DNA of 18,359 nt from Archangium sp. (GTDB taxonomy: Bacteria > Myxococcota > Myxococcia > Myxococcales > Myxococcaceae): assembly GCA_031367385.1 (NCBI GenBank), contig JANLPS010000402.1:1-18359 (forward strand), written 5' to 3'. The position numbers and the translations under genes were made by a program. The notes beneath the pieces were generated by a model. The model had not been told where the DNA came from, searched no databases, and saw only the letters and a program-made list of their open reading frames with translations. Below are positions 18,289-18,359 of this stretch, piece after piece. How positions within the stretch are numbered: the stretch's first letter is position 1; every line of letters starts with the position of its first letter.

Positions 18289-18359
18289 TCGCAGCACCTC
18301 CGATGAATTGAAGGTCGAGAGTGGTGCCGAGCGACAGTGCGTTCCACGCGAGTCGTTGG

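Overview
GC-rich bacterial chromosomal window, probably from a myxobacterium. This is inferred from the DAG-repeat lipoprotein linker, the Hanks-type kinase, the many lipoproteins and the sigma54-like promoters. Left to right it holds: the 5' end of a Ser/Thr kinase missed by the ORF track (minus strand, running off the left edge), an FGE-like lipoprotein, a parallel beta-helix lipoprotein behind a sigma54-like promoter with phased palindromes, a VOC protein, pntAB transhydrogenase, a lower-GC two-gene cassette (ABC/AAA_21-type ATPase plus TOPRIM/DUF4276-like protein), ilvE, a CxxC membrane protein, sdaA, DUF5658-like and DUF4286-like genes, a secreted TPR protein, an FAD-linked D-2-hydroxyglutarate-dehydrogenase-like gene, a lipoprotein, serA and two more lipoproteins. 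The most notable structure is the ATPase-TOPRIM cassette, a candidate anti-phage module. It is bracketed by the pntB 3' end and a decayed ~65-bp duplicate of that end, which points to insertion at pntB, although no integrase is present. No rRNA, tRNA, CRISPR array or transposase was recognised. Family assignments come from motif recognition by eye, not database searches.
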